Source of the DNA: an uncultured Candidatus Rokubacteria bacterium
GTDB taxonomy: Bacteria; Methylomirabilota; Methylomirabilia; Rokubacteriales; DASRDR01
Length of the DNA: 64,000 nucleotides
Direction: 5' to 3'
NCBI GenBank assembly: GCA_963708025.1
Contig: CAVPSB010000029.1
Coordinates: 73,411 to 137,410 of the forward strand
The position numbers and the translations under genes were made by a program. The notes below the pieces were generated by a model. The model searched no databases and was not told where the DNA came from. It saw only the letters and a list, made by a program, of their open reading frames with translations. Within the stretch, counting starts at the first letter, position 1. Each line of letters opens with the position of its first letter. Below are positions 1 to 10,810 of the stretch, piece after piece.

Positions 1-100
1 GCTCGAGGGCCGCGAGTACCTCAGCGATCTCCGCGTCCGCGCGGGCCACGTCGGCCTTGAAGCGCTCGGGATCGGTCGGGGGACAGGCGAGCCTGCGCGC

Positions 101-265
101 CTAGCTCTTTTTCGACGTCTGCGCCATGAAGCCGCCCAGCTGCGGCATGACCTTCGTGCCCTTGCACTTCGGGCACTTCACGTTCCCCTTCTCCCGCTCG
201 GCGATGGTCATGATGAGCTCGAAGGGTTTCCTACACGTCTCGCACATGAACTCATAGCGTGGCAT
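101..265 (-). CDS. FmdB-family zinc ribbon protein (54 aa; not in ORF track)
   Basis: Manual translation MPRYEFMCETCRKPFELIMTIAEREKGNVKCPKCKGTKVMPQLGGFMAQTSKKS*, with MPxYEY/F-CxxC...CPxC signature and a GAGGAG RBS upstream. Confidence 0.9.
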   Translation of the reverse strand: MPRYEFMCETCRKPFELIMTIAEREKGNVKCPKCKGTKVMPQLGGFMAQTSKKS

Positions 266-328
266 GGTTGACTCCTCGTTCTTGTCTGGCGCCCATGCCG
301 TCCCAACACACGATTCCGGGCCCAGCCC

Positions 329-1153
329 TCAGGCTACAAACGGCGGGATGGGCGGAACCTCGAGAAGCTGTTCCTTCACGTCGATGACGCCAGGGACGGC
401 TCGCGCCACCTCAGTCGCCTTCTCCAGGGCGGCCGTGCCCTCGAGCCGGATGACGCCCTGCTCGGCCTCCACAGTGATCCGGTACTTGCGTGTCTCCGGG
501 TGCGCCGCCAGGGCGGCCCGCACCCGAGACGCCAGCGCCCGATCGCGCACGGCCTGGCGCGACGCCTCCGTCGCAGTCAACTCCGGCTGGTGCAAGAGCC
601 CGATAATGAGGCCAACTCCCGCTTCGAACGAGAGCTTCTCGGTGGTGATCACGAGATCGTACAGCGCCGGATCGCTCCAATTCACGTCGAAGAGGTACCG
701 CATCCGACCGGACTTCTCCCGGTCGGTCCGCCGCACGAACTCGGCCGCCGCCCGGGCGTCCACGCTCTCCCCCTCGTCCGCCATCTTCTTCATCACCCGT
801 CGAACCCGCAGGTCGAAGGGTCCCCGCACGAACACGCGCAATACGTGCGCGATCCCCTGGAGGAGCACCTGTCCGCTCCGGCCCATGATCACGGCGTTGT
901 CCTGCTCCGCCACATCCAGCACGGCCGACTGGAGAACCGTGATGTAGTGACGCGTCTCCACGTCGAACCGCTCGAGGAATGAGGGCTTCGTCTCGTCGAG
1001 TTGCGCCAGCCTTCCCTCGAGGCACCCGTACCGTAGCGCCGCGTGCGAGATCATGTCCTGGTCCACGTACCGATATTCCAACCGCTCGGCCAGTGCCATG
1101 CCGATCACGGACCCGCCCGCGCCCATTTCGTGGGAGATCGTCACAATGGCCAC
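329..1153 (-). CDS. Cytidylate kinase-like family protein with C-terminal BON domain
   Basis: N-term IVTISHEMGAGG..IG..LAERL, VIMGR, YDLVI motifs; C-term 'ITVEAEQGVIRLEG...VARAVPGVIDV' is BON-like. Confidence 0.85.
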   Translation of the reverse strand: MAIVTISHEMGAGGSVIGMALAERLEYRYVDQDMISHAALRYGCLEGRLAQLDETKPSFLERFDVETRHYITVLQSAVLDVAEQDNAVIMGRSGQVLLQGIAHVLRVFVRGPFDLRVRRVMKKMADEGESVDARAAAEFVRRTDREKSGRMRYLFDVNWSDPALYDLVITTEKLSFEAGVGLIIGLLHQPELTATEASRQAVRDRALASRVRAALAAHPETRKYRITVEAEQGVIRLEGTAALEKATEVARAVPGVIDVKEQLLEVPPIPPFVA

Positions 1154-1674
1154 ACCACACCTCCGATCCAGGCGGAGCGCCGCGAGTCTCGCCCCGGCGT
1201 GAAGGATCCCCGGCGGGGTGCCGCCCCGAAGCTTGCCCGCCGACGGTCACCCGTGCCCCCAAGACTCTGAGCGCCCTTCGACTCCCGCTCGGCCGGGCTC
1301 GGTGGTGGACCACGACGCGCCCGGCTCGCCCCCTTCTTCGCGGCCGAGTCCACCGGCGGCCTCGCGATCTTCGGTCCAGGGCCCGCGCCATCCCCCCAGC
1401 GTGAAGCTGTGCAGCCACCCAAGGGGCGGCCCTCGAGATCCTCAGGCGGCCCCAGCGTGCGTGCCTCCGAGACAGCGGAGTGCGTCACCGCCATCGGTGC
1501 AGTTCTCCGCCGACGGCGTTGCACTCATGCCGACCAACGTGCCCCCTCTCGAGGTGGCATGCCCCACCACTGTATCTTGCGGCCGTACAGGGAGGACACG
1601 CCTCTAGAAGTCCCACGGCCTCATAGTCGTCACCGAGCGGCGAACATCCCCTGCGGCTTCTGAGGCTGACCTCA

Positions 1675-1770
1675 GTTCGGGACCTCCGCCCCCCCCCCCT
1701 TCGACGGCCTTCGGCCTGTGGCCGGGGGGAGGGGGGAGCCGGAGGACCCCATTCCTTCACACGCTCTCGG
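1675..1770. repeat. REP-like palindromic element (family B)
   Basis: Shares the exact 19-mer CCACAGGCCGAAGGCCGTC (1721-1703, minus) with 12972-12990; flanking C-run/G-run arms. Confidence 0.55.
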
Positions 1771-1796
1771 TCTGTTCCGGCTCGGTGGAGAGACAT

Positions 1797-1906
1797 ACGC
1801 CCTCGCCAGCCATCTCAGTGGCTGAACGAGGGCGTCAGTAGGTTGTCCGGTGACCCGATCCAGGGGCATCGCTGCCTCCCCCGAGGGTCGGACGGTCACG
1901 GTTGTG
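1797..1906 (-). ncRNA. Candidate small structured RNA of unknown family
   Basis: Lies just downstream of a good sigma70 promoter. Long stem GTGACC(1899-1894)/GGTCAC(1855-1850) capped by GGCA-GCGA-TGCC (GNRA loop), then a near-perfect hairpin at 1835-1797. Confidence 0.4.
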
Positions 1907-1912
1907 AGGAAG

Positions 1913-1941
1913 ACGCTACTGCGTTACGCAAAGCACGTCAA
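1913..1941 (-). promoter_or_regulatory. sigma70-type promoter
   Basis: TTGACG-17 bp-TAGCGT on the minus strand. Confidence 0.6.
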
Positions 1942-2117
1942 GCCCTTTGCTGTCGCCGGGCTGAACCATTCCTCCTTTACACGGAATCGCCGTACGTTCC
2001 CCACACCCCGCAGGAATATTGTCTGACACTGCCTACGTCGGCGGGCCTGGCGCCATGAAGGATCTTGTCCAAGAGACCGACGCGGGCCGCCGCCCGCCGA
2101 AGGCTCAGGCGGCCGGT

Positions 2118-3173
2118 CTAGGCGTGGTGATGAGGATGGCCGCGCTCGTAGTGGGCGCGGAGGAGATCGAGGCCGAAGTCGCGCTTCGGGTCGTGCCAGA
2201 CCGAGTGGATGTGGTTCGCGTTGTTCTGGGTATTGTCGTACTCGATCAGCAGGGTCGGCCCGTGCAGCCGATAGTAGTGGGCCCGGCCCGGCTCGATCGG
2301 CCCCGCCCACGCGAAGTGGATCCGCTCGAGTCCGGCCTCGCGCATCCGCCGCAGCTCCTGCTCGGCCAGCTCGCCACGCATGTTGCGCGCGTACTCCTCG
2401 ATGAGCTTCGCGGCCAGGCCGCGCTGGTCACCGGTCATGTCCGCCAGGGCCAGCCCCGCGGGCGCGGCCAGGCTGTCGGAGCGGCCCGGGCCGGTCACGA
2501 TGTCGCCGAGGGACTGCGCGGCGATGACGGTGCGGGCGCGCTGGGCGTCGGTCAGGCTCCGGGCGAGGGCGCGCCCCAGATCCTGCTCGGCGGCGAGCGC
2601 GCGCAGCCCCTGCCGCGGGCCCGACGGCACCTCGGCGGGATTCGCGCCCATGAAGGCCGGGGTCACCGCCACCGGCTGGCCGGGGACGAGGGTGAAGTTG
2701 AGCGAGAGATGGTGGCCCTCGGCGCGCCAGCCCCAGGGGGCGGCGGCGCCCGGGTTGCCGAAGACAGTGAAGGCGTAGTTCTCGGGATCGCGCGAGAGCC
2801 CGAAGGTCTCGATCCGGCGCAGCACCTCTTCGAGCTGGATGACGTTCACCGCCTTGCCGTAGCCCGCGGCGCTGAGGCTCGCCTTCATCAGCTCGTGCGC
2901 CGCGGCCCGCGCGGGCGCCGGCATCGCCTTGAAGGGCACGCCTTCACGGCCGCGCGGGACGTAGTGCCAGTTGAGCCGTTCCTTGTCGCCGAAGGCGAAC
3001 ACGGCGCGCTTCCGCGCCTCGGCGGGGAGCGCGCCCAGGAAGGTTAGCGCGGCGGCCGCCATGGCCGCCGGCGCCGCGTCGCTGGCCTGGGCGAGCGCCG
3101 GACGCGGGAGCGCGCCGGCGGCTGCGCTCGCCGCCAGCCCGTGCAGCAGCCGGCGGCGGCTGAGGTGAGCCAT
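2118..3173 (-). CDS. DUF3500 domain protein with Tat signal
   Basis: SRRRLL Tat motif; WHYVPR, WGWRAEGHHLSLN, YYRLHGP..LIEYDN..NHIHSVWHD..DFG motifs. Confidence 0.9.
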   Translation of the reverse strand: MAHLSRRRLLHGLAASAAAGALPRPALAQASDAAPAAMAAAALTFLGALPAEARKRAVFAFGDKERLNWHYVPRGREGVPFKAMPAPARAAAHELMKASLSAAGYGKAVNVIQLEEVLRRIETFGLSRDPENYAFTVFGNPGAAAPWGWRAEGHHLSLNFTLVPGQPVAVTPAFMGANPAEVPSGPRQGLRALAAEQDLGRALARSLTDAQRARTVIAAQSLGDIVTGPGRSDSLAAPAGLALADMTGDQRGLAAKLIEEYARNMRGELAEQELRRMREAGLERIHFAWAGPIEPGRAHYYRLHGPTLLIEYDNTQNNANHIHSVWHDPKRDFGLDLLRAHYERGHPHHHA

Positions 3174-3176
3174 GGG

Positions 3177-3830
3177 CTAGGAGTACTTGACCGTGCAGCC
3201 GTACGCGCGGGTGACCGGCGTCTTCACCGCCTGGCCGGACGCCACCGCCTCGAGCGCGGCGCGCACGTAGTTGTTCGCGCCCTGCACGTCGGCGCGCCGC
3301 GAAGTCGGCCGGTCGTCGATGGCGCCGGCGTAGACGAGCGTGCCAGCCTTGTCCACCACGTACATGTGCGGGGTATTGGTCGCGCCGTAGAGCTTACCGG
3401 CCGCGCCCTTGGTGTCCAGCAGCACCGCGGTGGGCGCCGCCTTGCGCGAGGTGGTCAGCTCGTCGGCCTGAGCCGGCGTGACGTAGCCCTGCGTTCCCGG
3501 CACCGAGGAGATCACGGTGAGCCACACCACGCCCTGCCCGGTGGCCTCGCGCTGCAGGCCCTGCATGTTGCCGGACTCGTAGTGCTTCCGGACGTAGGGG
3601 CAGTCGTGATTGGTCCACTCCAGCACGACCACTTTCCCCTTCTGCGCGGCGAGACTCATGGGCGAGCCGTTGGTGGCGCTGACCGTGAAGTCCGGAGCAG
3701 GCTGGCCGACCTTCGCGGTCGAGGCCCACGCCGGCAGCGTGGCGGCGAGGGAGGAAGCGGCGCCGGCCACGACGAGGCCGGTACCGGTGCGGGCCAGGAA
3801 GCGGCGACGGCTCAGCAGTTCAGGCGTCAT
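3177..3830 (-). CDS. Exported thioredoxin-like/redoxin (AhpC-TSA family)
   Basis: True start MTPELLSRRRF (Tat) at 3830 inside the long ORF; VVLEWTNHDCPYV, TPHMYVVD, YAGAIDD, terminal YGCTVKY. Confidence 0.9.
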   Translation of the reverse strand: MTPELLSRRRFLARTGTGLVVAGAASSLAATLPAWASTAKVGQPAPDFTVSATNGSPMSLAAQKGKVVVLEWTNHDCPYVRKHYESGNMQGLQREATGQGVVWLTVISSVPGTQGYVTPAQADELTTSRKAAPTAVLLDTKGAAGKLYGATNTPHMYVVDKAGTLVYAGAIDDRPTSRRADVQGANNYVRAALEAVASGQAVKTPVTRAYGCTVKYS

Positions 3831-5965
3831 AGCGTCTCCTTGTCGATAGCTTCGATGATGGTGCCTTCGCTCAGGATCTGCGGGAGCACCCGGGGCTCCG
3901 GCGCGGCCGTCTGGCCGGACCGGGCGGGATAGACGACGTAGAGCGGAACACCGCTGCGGCCGAAGGAGCCGAGCACCGAGGCGATCTCGGCGCTGCGGCT
4001 GGTCCAGTCGGCCTTGAGGTAGACCACGCCCTGGCGGGCGAAGGCCTCGGCCACCGCGGGCGAGCGGAGCGCCACGCGCTCGTTCACCAGGCAGGTGATG
4101 CACCAGGCCGCGGTGAAGTTCACGAAGACCGGCTTTCCCTGCGCGCGCAGCTCGGCCAGCCGCTTCGGGGAGAAGGGCTCCCACCGGACGCCCTCGGCGA
4201 GGCCGCCGGTGGACGCCGCCGGCGGGCTCGCCGCGGCGAACGGCGCCAGCGCGATGGCCACCGCGACACTGCCGAGCGCGATGCCGGTGGCGGCGCGGCG
4301 CCAGCGCGGCGCGGCGGCGCGCCCGGCGTGATGCACCCACGCGGCGAAGCCGATCAGCAGCAGGCCCACCAGCACGAGCGCCACGCCGTCCGGGCCGGTC
4401 TGGCGGCTCACCACCCAGACCAGCCACGCCACCGAGGCGTAGAGCGGGAAGGCGAGGGCCTGCGCGATCCGCGCCATCCAGGGTCCCGGCCGGGGCAGGA
4501 GCCGGCGCCACGCCGGCACCAGGCTCAGCGCGAGGAAGGGCAGGGCCAGGCCGAGGCCGAGCGCCTCGAAGACGGCGAGCGCGGCGGCCGGCGGCTGGGT
4601 GAGCGCGTAGCCCACCGCCACCCCCATGAATGGCGCGGTGCAGGGGGTGGCGGCCACGGTGGCGAGCGCGCCGGTGAAGAAGGAGCCCGCGTAGCCGGGA
4701 CGGGTCGCGAGGCCCTGGCCCATGCCCGTGAAGCGGCCGCCGATGACTACGAGGCCGGAGAGGCTGAGCGCCAGGGTGAAGAGCACGTACGCCAGCACGG
4801 TGACGACCAGCGGGGACTGGAGCTGGAAGCCCCAGCCGATCTGGGCGCCGCCAGCGCGGAGCGCGAGCAGCGCGCCCGCCACCACGGCAAAGGACGCCAG
4901 CACGCCCGCGGTGTAGGCGAGCCCGTGCCGGCGCACGACGGATGCCCTCGCCTCGGCGTGTCCGACGAGCGCCAAGGCCTTCAGGGACAGCACCGGGAGC
5001 ACGCATGGCATGAGGTTCAGGATGAGGCCGCCGGCCAGGGCCAGCCCCATCGCGGCCAGGAGCGACAGCGACGGCCCCGCCCCGGAGCTCCCGCCGGCCA
5101 CCGCCGTGATGGCGAAGGCCTGGCTCACCGGGCCCTGGTCGAGCTTCTCCCGGATCACCAGCACACCGTCCAGGTCCGCGGCGGCGCCATCGGGCAGGAG
5201 CCCGCGCGCTGCGCGCAGCGTGATCCCGTTCCTGCCGATGGTGACCTCCTGGGGCGCCGCGTGGTCGATCACGCCCCAGCGGCCCGGGAAGAACCAGACC
5301 TCGGCGATGCGGTCGGCGACGAGCCCGGGGGCGGCCACCTCGATGCTCACGGTCTCGGCGGTCGCGTGAAGAGCGGCGGGCCAGGGGCTCGGCGCCGGGA
5401 CCGCGCGCCGCGCCCGTTGGATCAGGGGCGCTCCCGTCGCGTCCGGGGCGGGCTTGCCGGCGATCACCGGAAGCGTCAGCGCCACGTCCGCCTCTTCCGG
5501 GATGCAGATCTTCTCGCAGACCAGCCACGCGACGTGCGCGCGCAGGGCGGTCGGCGTGCCCGGCGCGAGCGCGGCGGGCGCGGTCAGCCGCGTGAGCAGC
5601 ACGACCTCGTCAGCGTAGCCGTAGCTCATCAGCGGCGCGACCGGCACGCGCTCGGGCTGCGGGAAGACGAGCGGGCTGGCTTGCCAGCCCGCGGGCAGCG
5701 CCCAGTCCACGGTGGGCGGCTCGCCGGAGTCGCCCGGATTGGTCCAGTAGGTGTGCCAGCCGGGCGCGATGCGCTGCCGGAGCCCCACCCAGAAAGACGA
5801 GCCGGGCTCGATGGACGCGGCCTCGCTGAGCAGGGTGACGGAGACCTTGGGCGGACCGGGAGGCGCGGGGTTCTTGACGGTTGGCGTGCGCGCCGGCTGG
5901 GCGGCCAGCCCGGATCCGGCCAGCATGCCCACGATGAGCGCGGCGACGAGGAGCCGGATCGCCAT
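3827..5965 (-). CDS. dsbD: Thiol:disulfide interchange protein DsbD family
   Basis: GWHTYW.NPGDSG N-domain with CEKIC; LNLMPCVLPVL and ATPCTAPF TM cysteines; C-terminal thioredoxin WCITC. Confidence 0.92.
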   Translation of the reverse strand: MAIRLLVAALIVGMLAGSGLAAQPARTPTVKNPAPPGPPKVSVTLLSEAASIEPGSSFWVGLRQRIAPGWHTYWTNPGDSGEPPTVDWALPAGWQASPLVFPQPERVPVAPLMSYGYADEVVLLTRLTAPAALAPGTPTALRAHVAWLVCEKICIPEEADVALTLPVIAGKPAPDATGAPLIQRARRAVPAPSPWPAALHATAETVSIEVAAPGLVADRIAEVWFFPGRWGVIDHAAPQEVTIGRNGITLRAARGLLPDGAAADLDGVLVIREKLDQGPVSQAFAITAVAGGSSGAGPSLSLLAAMGLALAGGLILNLMPCVLPVLSLKALALVGHAEARASVVRRHGLAYTAGVLASFAVVAGALLALRAGGAQIGWGFQLQSPLVVTVLAYVLFTLALSLSGLVVIGGRFTGMGQGLATRPGYAGSFFTGALATVAATPCTAPFMGVAVGYALTQPPAAALAVFEALGLGLALPFLALSLVPAWRRLLPRPGPWMARIAQALAFPLYASVAWLVWVVSRQTGPDGVALVLVGLLLIGFAAWVHHAGRAAAPRWRRAATGIALGSVAVAIALAPFAAASPPAASTGGLAEGVRWEPFSPKRLAELRAQGKPVFVNFTAAWCITCLVNERVALRSPAVAEAFARQGVVYLKADWTSRSAEIASVLGSFGRSGVPLYVVYPARSGQTAAPEPRVLPQILSEGTIIEAIDKETL

Positions 5966-5976
5966 CGTGACCGAAC

Positions 5977-6078
5977 CTAGGGGCGCGGCTTCACCTTCTC
6001 GAAGAGCGGCAGGTACTGGCCGTACCCTTCCTCCTCGAGCTTGGCGACGGGGATGAACCGCAGCGCCGCCGAGTTGAA
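5977..6078 (-). pseudogene. msrB: C-terminal remnant of methionine sulfoxide reductase B
   Basis: Manual translation FNSAALRFIPVAKLEEEGYGQYLPLFEKVKPRP* matches the MsrB tail (...YCINSAALRFIP...LE.EGY); no start codon, begins 4 nt after the iorB stop. Confidence 0.8.
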
Positions 6079-6082
6079 AGGC

Positions 6083-8419
6083 TCACACCTTCAGCTGATC
6101 GCGGATGGGCAGACGCCGGATCCGCTTGCCCGTCGCCGCGAAGATCGCGTTGCACAGGGCCGGCGGGATCGGCGGCACGCCGGGCTCGCCCACGCCGCCG
6201 AGGGGCCGGTCGAAGTCCCCGGGGATGAGGTGCACCCGGATCTCGCGGGGGGCGTCGGCCAGGCGGGTGACCCCGTAGTCGTGGAAGTTGCTCTGCTCCA
6301 CCCGGCCCGCCTTGAAGCTGATCTCGCCCAGCGTCGCGACGCCGACACCCATCACGCACGCGCCCTCCATCTGCGCGCGCACTCGCTCCGGGTTGATGGC
6401 GGCGCCACAGTCCACCGCGATGTCCACTCGCGGGATCGTCAGCTCACCCTTGTCGTTGACCGCGACCTCCACGACCGCCGCCACGTAGGTCACGAAGCTG
6501 TAATGCGCGGCGATGCCCAGTCCACGGCCCTTGGGCAGCGTCCGGCCCCAGCGCGCCTCGCGCGCCGCCGTTTGCACGACGCGCCGCAGGCGGCCGGTGT
6601 CCACGGGATAGCGCTCGGGCGACTCGTCGTGGTTCCAGGCATCGGACAGGCTCTGTGGCGTCATCCAGCGGGCCGGGCCGATCACGTCCAGCAGGAAGTC
6701 CTTCGGGTCACGACCCGCCGCCGCGGCCAGCTCGGCGACGAAGGACTGGACCGCGAACGCATGGGGGATGTTCGAGACCGATCGGAACCAGCCGATGCGC
6801 GTGTGGGCGGTGGCCTCCGGGTTCTCGATGCGGACGTTGGGAATCGCGAACGGGACGTTGATGACCCCCATGCCGAGCTCGAACGCATCCTCCTGCTTCG
6901 CGTCGGCCTCGAACGTTGACTTGATCGTCGGCGCGACGCTGCGGTGCAGCCAGGCCACCGGCTTGCCGCTGGCATCGACGCCGGCCTCCAGGTGCTCGAC
7001 CGACACCGTGTGGAAGTAGGAATGGTGCAGGTCGTCCTCGCGCGTCCAGGTCACCTTGACCGGCTTGCCGTTGACCGCCTTGGACAGGACGGCCGCCTCG
7101 ATGGCGAAATCGGGCTTGGACTTGCGTCCGAAGCCGCCGCCCAGCAGCGTGACGTGCACGGTCACGTCGGCCGCCGACATGCCCAGCCGCTTCGCCACCA
7201 GGTCCCGGGCAGCCTGGGGAGACTGGAAGCAGCCCCACACCTCGCACTTGCCCTGCACGATCCGGACGGTCGCGGCGGGCGGCTCCATGGTCGCGTGGGC
7301 CAGGTGCGGGGCGTAGTACTCGGCCTGGAGGCGGCGCGCGGCGCCGGCCATGCCCGAGTCGACGTCGCCATCGTTGCGCACGACCTTCCCGGGCTTGCGC
7401 GCGGCTTCCTCGAGCGTCGCCTTGAAGGCCACCGAGTCGTACCCCGCGTTCGGGCCGTCGTCCCACGCGATCTTCAGCGCCTTGAGACCCTGCATGGCCG
7501 CCCAGGTGTTGCTCGCGATGACTCCGACGCCGCCCAGCGGATTGAACTCGGCGGGCGGCGCGCTGCCCTCGATCTCCACCACCTTCACCACGCCCGGAAC
7601 CTTGAGCGCCTCGGCCGCGTCGTAGCTCGCCACCTTGCCGCGATACACCGGCGGACGGGCCACGACCGCGTAGAGCATGCCGTCCAGTCGCGTGTCGATG
7701 CCGTACTGCGCCTTGCCGGTGACGATGTCGCGGCCGTCGACCAGCTTCAGCTCACCCTTGCCGATGTAGCGGAACTGCGCCGGATCCTTGAGGCGCAGTG
7801 TCTCCCGCGCCGGGACGGGCAGGCTGGCCGCGGCCTTGGCGAGCGATCCGTACCCGGCGCGCCGGCCCGTCGGGCGATGCACGACCTCGTGGTTCTTCGC
7901 CTCCACTTCCTTCACGGGGACGTTCCAGCGCGCGGCGGCGGCCGCTTCGAGCATGGTGCGGGCCGCGGCGCCGCAGCGGCGCATGGGGTCGAAGAAATGC
8001 CGCGTGCTGCGCGAGCCATCGGTGTCCTGGTTGCCGAAGCGCTGCTCGTCACCGGGCGCCTGCGCGACGCGCACGCGCTTCCAGTCGGCTTCGAGCTCGT
8101 CGGCCACGATCATCGGCATGCCGGTCCGCACGCCCTGTCCCATCTCGGAACGGTGGCACACGATGGTCACGGTGCCGTCCTCGGCGATGGCGACGAACGC
8201 GAGCGGATCGTCGACCCAGCCGTGCGGCATGCCGTCGGCCCCGTACTTGGGCGGCTCGGCACCGCGCAGGCGGGCCGGATATCCGAGTGCCAGCACCAGT
8301 CCACCGAGTGCGGACACTCCCTGGAGGAACCGGCGCCGGCTCACGTTGGCGATCACCAGCGGCTCGTCGCGCAGCGCATCGGCCGTCGTGCGGGACATCG
8401 GACCGCGTGACCCGTTCAT
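6083..8419 (-). CDS. iorB: Xanthine dehydrogenase-family molybdopterin subunit (isoquinoline 1-oxidoreductase beta type)
   Basis: Tat-like [38 protein letters not shown] motifs; ATG at 8419 overlaps the stop of the small subunit. Confidence 0.92.
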   Translation of the reverse strand: MNGSRGPMSRTTADALRDEPLVIANVSRRRFLQGVSALGGLVLALGYPARLRGAEPPKYGADGMPHGWVDDPLAFVAIAEDGTVTIVCHRSEMGQGVRTGMPMIVADELEADWKRVRVAQAPGDEQRFGNQDTDGSRSTRHFFDPMRRCGAAARTMLEAAAAARWNVPVKEVEAKNHEVVHRPTGRRAGYGSLAKAAASLPVPARETLRLKDPAQFRYIGKGELKLVDGRDIVTGKAQYGIDTRLDGMLYAVVARPPVYRGKVASYDAAEALKVPGVVKVVEIEGSAPPAEFNPLGGVGVIASNTWAAMQGLKALKIAWDDGPNAGYDSVAFKATLEEAARKPGKVVRNDGDVDSGMAGAARRLQAEYYAPHLAHATMEPPAATVRIVQGKCEVWGCFQSPQAARDLVAKRLGMSAADVTVHVTLLGGGFGRKSKPDFAIEAAVLSKAVNGKPVKVTWTREDDLHHSYFHTVSVEHLEAGVDASGKPVAWLHRSVAPTIKSTFEADAKQEDAFELGMGVINVPFAIPNVRIENPEATAHTRIGWFRSVSNIPHAFAVQSFVAELAAAAGRDPKDFLLDVIGPARWMTPQSLSDAWNHDESPERYPVDTGRLRRVVQTAAREARWGRTLPKGRGLGIAAHYSFVTYVAAVVEVAVNDKGELTIPRVDIAVDCGAAINPERVRAQMEGACVMGVGVATLGEISFKAGRVEQSNFHDYGVTRLADAPREIRVHLIPGDFDRPLGGVGEPGVPPIPPALCNAIFAATGKRIRRLPIRDQLKV

Positions 8420-8884
8420 GGGTTCGCTCCTTGCCTGGCCGCCGCCTGCTTGACGGCGGCCCGAATGCGCCCGTACGTGCCACAGCGGCAGATGTTGCCG
8501 TTCATGGCCTGGTCGATGTCGGCATCGGTCGGCTTCGGCTTGCTCTTGAGCAGCGCCGTCGCCGACATGATCTGCCCGGCCTGGCAGTAGCCGCATTGCG
8601 GCACGCCGATCTCGATCCACGCCGTCTGCACCGCCTGGCCGACCTTGTCCGCGCCGATCGCCTCGATGGTCGTGATCTTCTTGTTCGCCACCGCGGAAAT
8701 CGGCGTCACACACGAGCGCATCGGCTGGCCGTTGACGTGCACGGTACAGGCGCCACACAGCGCCATCCCGCAGCCGAACTTGGTCCCGGTCAGCCCCAGG
8801 TGGTCACGTAGCGTCCACAACAAGCGGGGTATCCGGGGGCAGGTTGACGTCGTAGCGCCTGCCGTTGACGGTGACTGGGGTCAT
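8416..8884 (-). CDS. iorA: (2Fe-2S)-binding small subunit, +1 frameshift near 8825
   Basis: [20 protein letters not shown] / [28 protein letters not shown]...QCGYCQ...[17 protein letters not shown] before 8884. Confidence 0.9.
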
Positions 8885-9026
8885 GGCGATTCTCCTCTCA
8901 TCACCTGGACGATCGAGGGCCACTTCGCGGGCGGGGCGGAGACTCTACAGGGGCGGGCACTCCTTGCCGTCCGGCTATCATGACCCGCGAGGCCTTGTCA
9001 AGCGGCGTGCTGGAAACGCCGGGTTT

Positions 9027-9542
9027 CTAGCCGGGGAAGCGCCAGAGGCGGCCGGCGGGGGGCTCGTCCGAGAGCCGGAACTGGGGCAGAAGGAAGTCGG
9101 GGGCGAGCGGCTGGAAGCAGACCGCGACGCGCGCGCCGATGGCGACGCGCTCCTCGGGCTCCGGCCGGAAGTCGGGCGTGACGAGGTTCGCCACCAGGCG
9201 GAGGCCCTCGTCGGGCGTCGGCGCGCCGCGCTGCTCGTCCAGCTCGACGACCACCACGGGGTAGGGCGCCCACTCGCGAAAGCCGGGCTGGATGGCCTGG
9301 ACCACGATCTCGTAGCTGTAGATCGTGCCGCCCCCGGACACCGGCTGCCACGTCCACCGCAGCGAGCCGCACCAGGGGCAGCCGACGCCCGGCGGGTAGC
9401 GGAGGAGCCGGCAGTCCTCGCAGCGGCGGACGACCAGCCGGCCCGTCGCCGCGGCCTCGAAGTAGCCGCGCCACTCCGAGTCGGTCTCGGGGACGATCAG
9501 CGCCATCCCGCGATACTCGACCCGCGCGGGCAGCCCGGCCAT
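9027..9542 (-). CDS. Zn-ribbon/OB-fold (DUF35) thiolase partner protein
   Basis: RCEDC..LRYPP..GCPWCGS, GTIYSYEIV, PYPVVVVELDEQ; adjacent to a thiolase. Confidence 0.9.
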   Translation of the reverse strand: MAGLPARVEYRGMALIVPETDSEWRGYFEAAATGRLVVRRCEDCRLLRYPPGVGCPWCGSLRWTWQPVSGGGTIYSYEIVVQAIQPGFREWAPYPVVVVELDEQRGAPTPDEGLRLVANLVTPDFRPEPEERVAIGARVAVCFQPLAPDFLLPQFRLSDEPPAGRLWRFPG

Positions 9543-9546
9543 CGCG

Positions 9547-10768
9547 CTACCGCCTCAGGATCAGGGCGCTGCCCGTCGCCGGGGTCGCCCAGCCCATGTT
9601 CATGGAGATCTCGGCGTCCCGGACCTGGCGGCAGCCGCCCGGGCGGTGGTCGTAGGTGTGGACGCCCTTCGCGGCGTCCGGGCAGTAGTCGTCGGCCGCC
9701 CCCCGGAGCTGGCGGACGTTCTCGATCACCATGCTCATCCCGTGGGTGTACCCCTCGCAGAGGTGGCCGCCGCTGGTGTTGTTCGGGCGCGCGCCGCCCA
9801 GCTCGATGGCGCCGCTCGCCACGTAGGCCCCGCCCTCGCCCTTCGTGCAGAACCCGAACTCCTCGAGCTGCAGCATCGCGGTGAAGGTGAAGGCGTCGTA
9901 AGCGCCGGTCACGTCCACGTCGGCCGGCTCGATGCCGGCCCCGGGGAAGACCACCTCCCGGGTGTGGACGCCGGCTACCTGGGTGATCCGGCCGTTGTAG
10001 AGGTAGTCGGCGCGCGGCTTGGACACCCGGCCGGCGGCGGCCATGACGTGGATCGGCCGCGCCCGGCAGTCCCGGGCCCGCTCGGCCGAGGTCAGCACCA
10101 GCGCGGTGGCGTTGTCGGTCTCCACGCAGCAGTCCAGCAGGTGGAGCGGCTTGACGATCCAGCGCGAGGCGAGCACCTCGTCCACGGTCACCGGCGTCTT
10201 GAGGAGCGCCTTCGGGTTGCACGCGGCGTGCTTGGAGTGGGCGACCTTGACGTGGGCGACCTGGGCCGAGGTCGTCCCGTACTCGTACATGTGGCGCATG
10301 AATGTCGGGGCGAAGCGCTGGCCGGCGCTCATCATGCCGTAGGGCCGGTCGGCCAGCTCGAGGCCCCGGACCGGCGCCGCCGCCCGCGCCCCCGTCCCGC
10401 CGATCCGCACCTCGGTGTAGCCGTTCATGGCGCGGAAGAGCACGACGGCCCGGCAGAGACCGACCTCCATGAGCCCGAGGGCGTAGGCGACCAGCCCCTC
10501 GGTGCTGCTGCCGCCCCCGATCACGTCGGCGAAGGTGTTGAGCCGGAGCCCGAGGTCGGCCGCCACCGCGGTCGAGGGCGTCGAGTCGTTGGAGTGGTAC
10601 GAGAGCATCCCGTTCGACTTCGTCGGACCGCAGCCCGGCGTCGGCGAGCGCCTTCGACACGGCCTCCACCGCGAGCGCGCGGGTCGAGCGTCCGGAGGCG
10701 CGACTGTACTCGGTCTCGCCGACGCCCACGATGCAGTAGCGGTCGCGGATCCCGGCCATCCGGGTCAT
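9547..10768 (-). CDS. SCP2/lipid-transfer-type thiolase family protein, frameshift near 10615
   Basis: N-term CIVGVGETEY..ALADAGL in one frame; LHLLDCCVETD, YDAFT, NTSGGHLCEGY.HG, ENVRQLRG in another. Confidence 0.88.
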
Positions 10769-10810
10769 GGCGCCCTATCTTACACGGCGGGCGCGGTCGC
10801 CGGGACCGCA

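Noticed and set aside
3177-5528. 783-aa ORF suggesting a long redoxin fusion
   Set aside because: The upstream part is an off-frame read of dsbD; the real gene starts at 3830 with its own Tat signal
8820-8830. Programmed frameshifting in iorA and the other split genes
   Set aside because: No slippery heptamers or stimulatory structures; the pattern fits sequencing error
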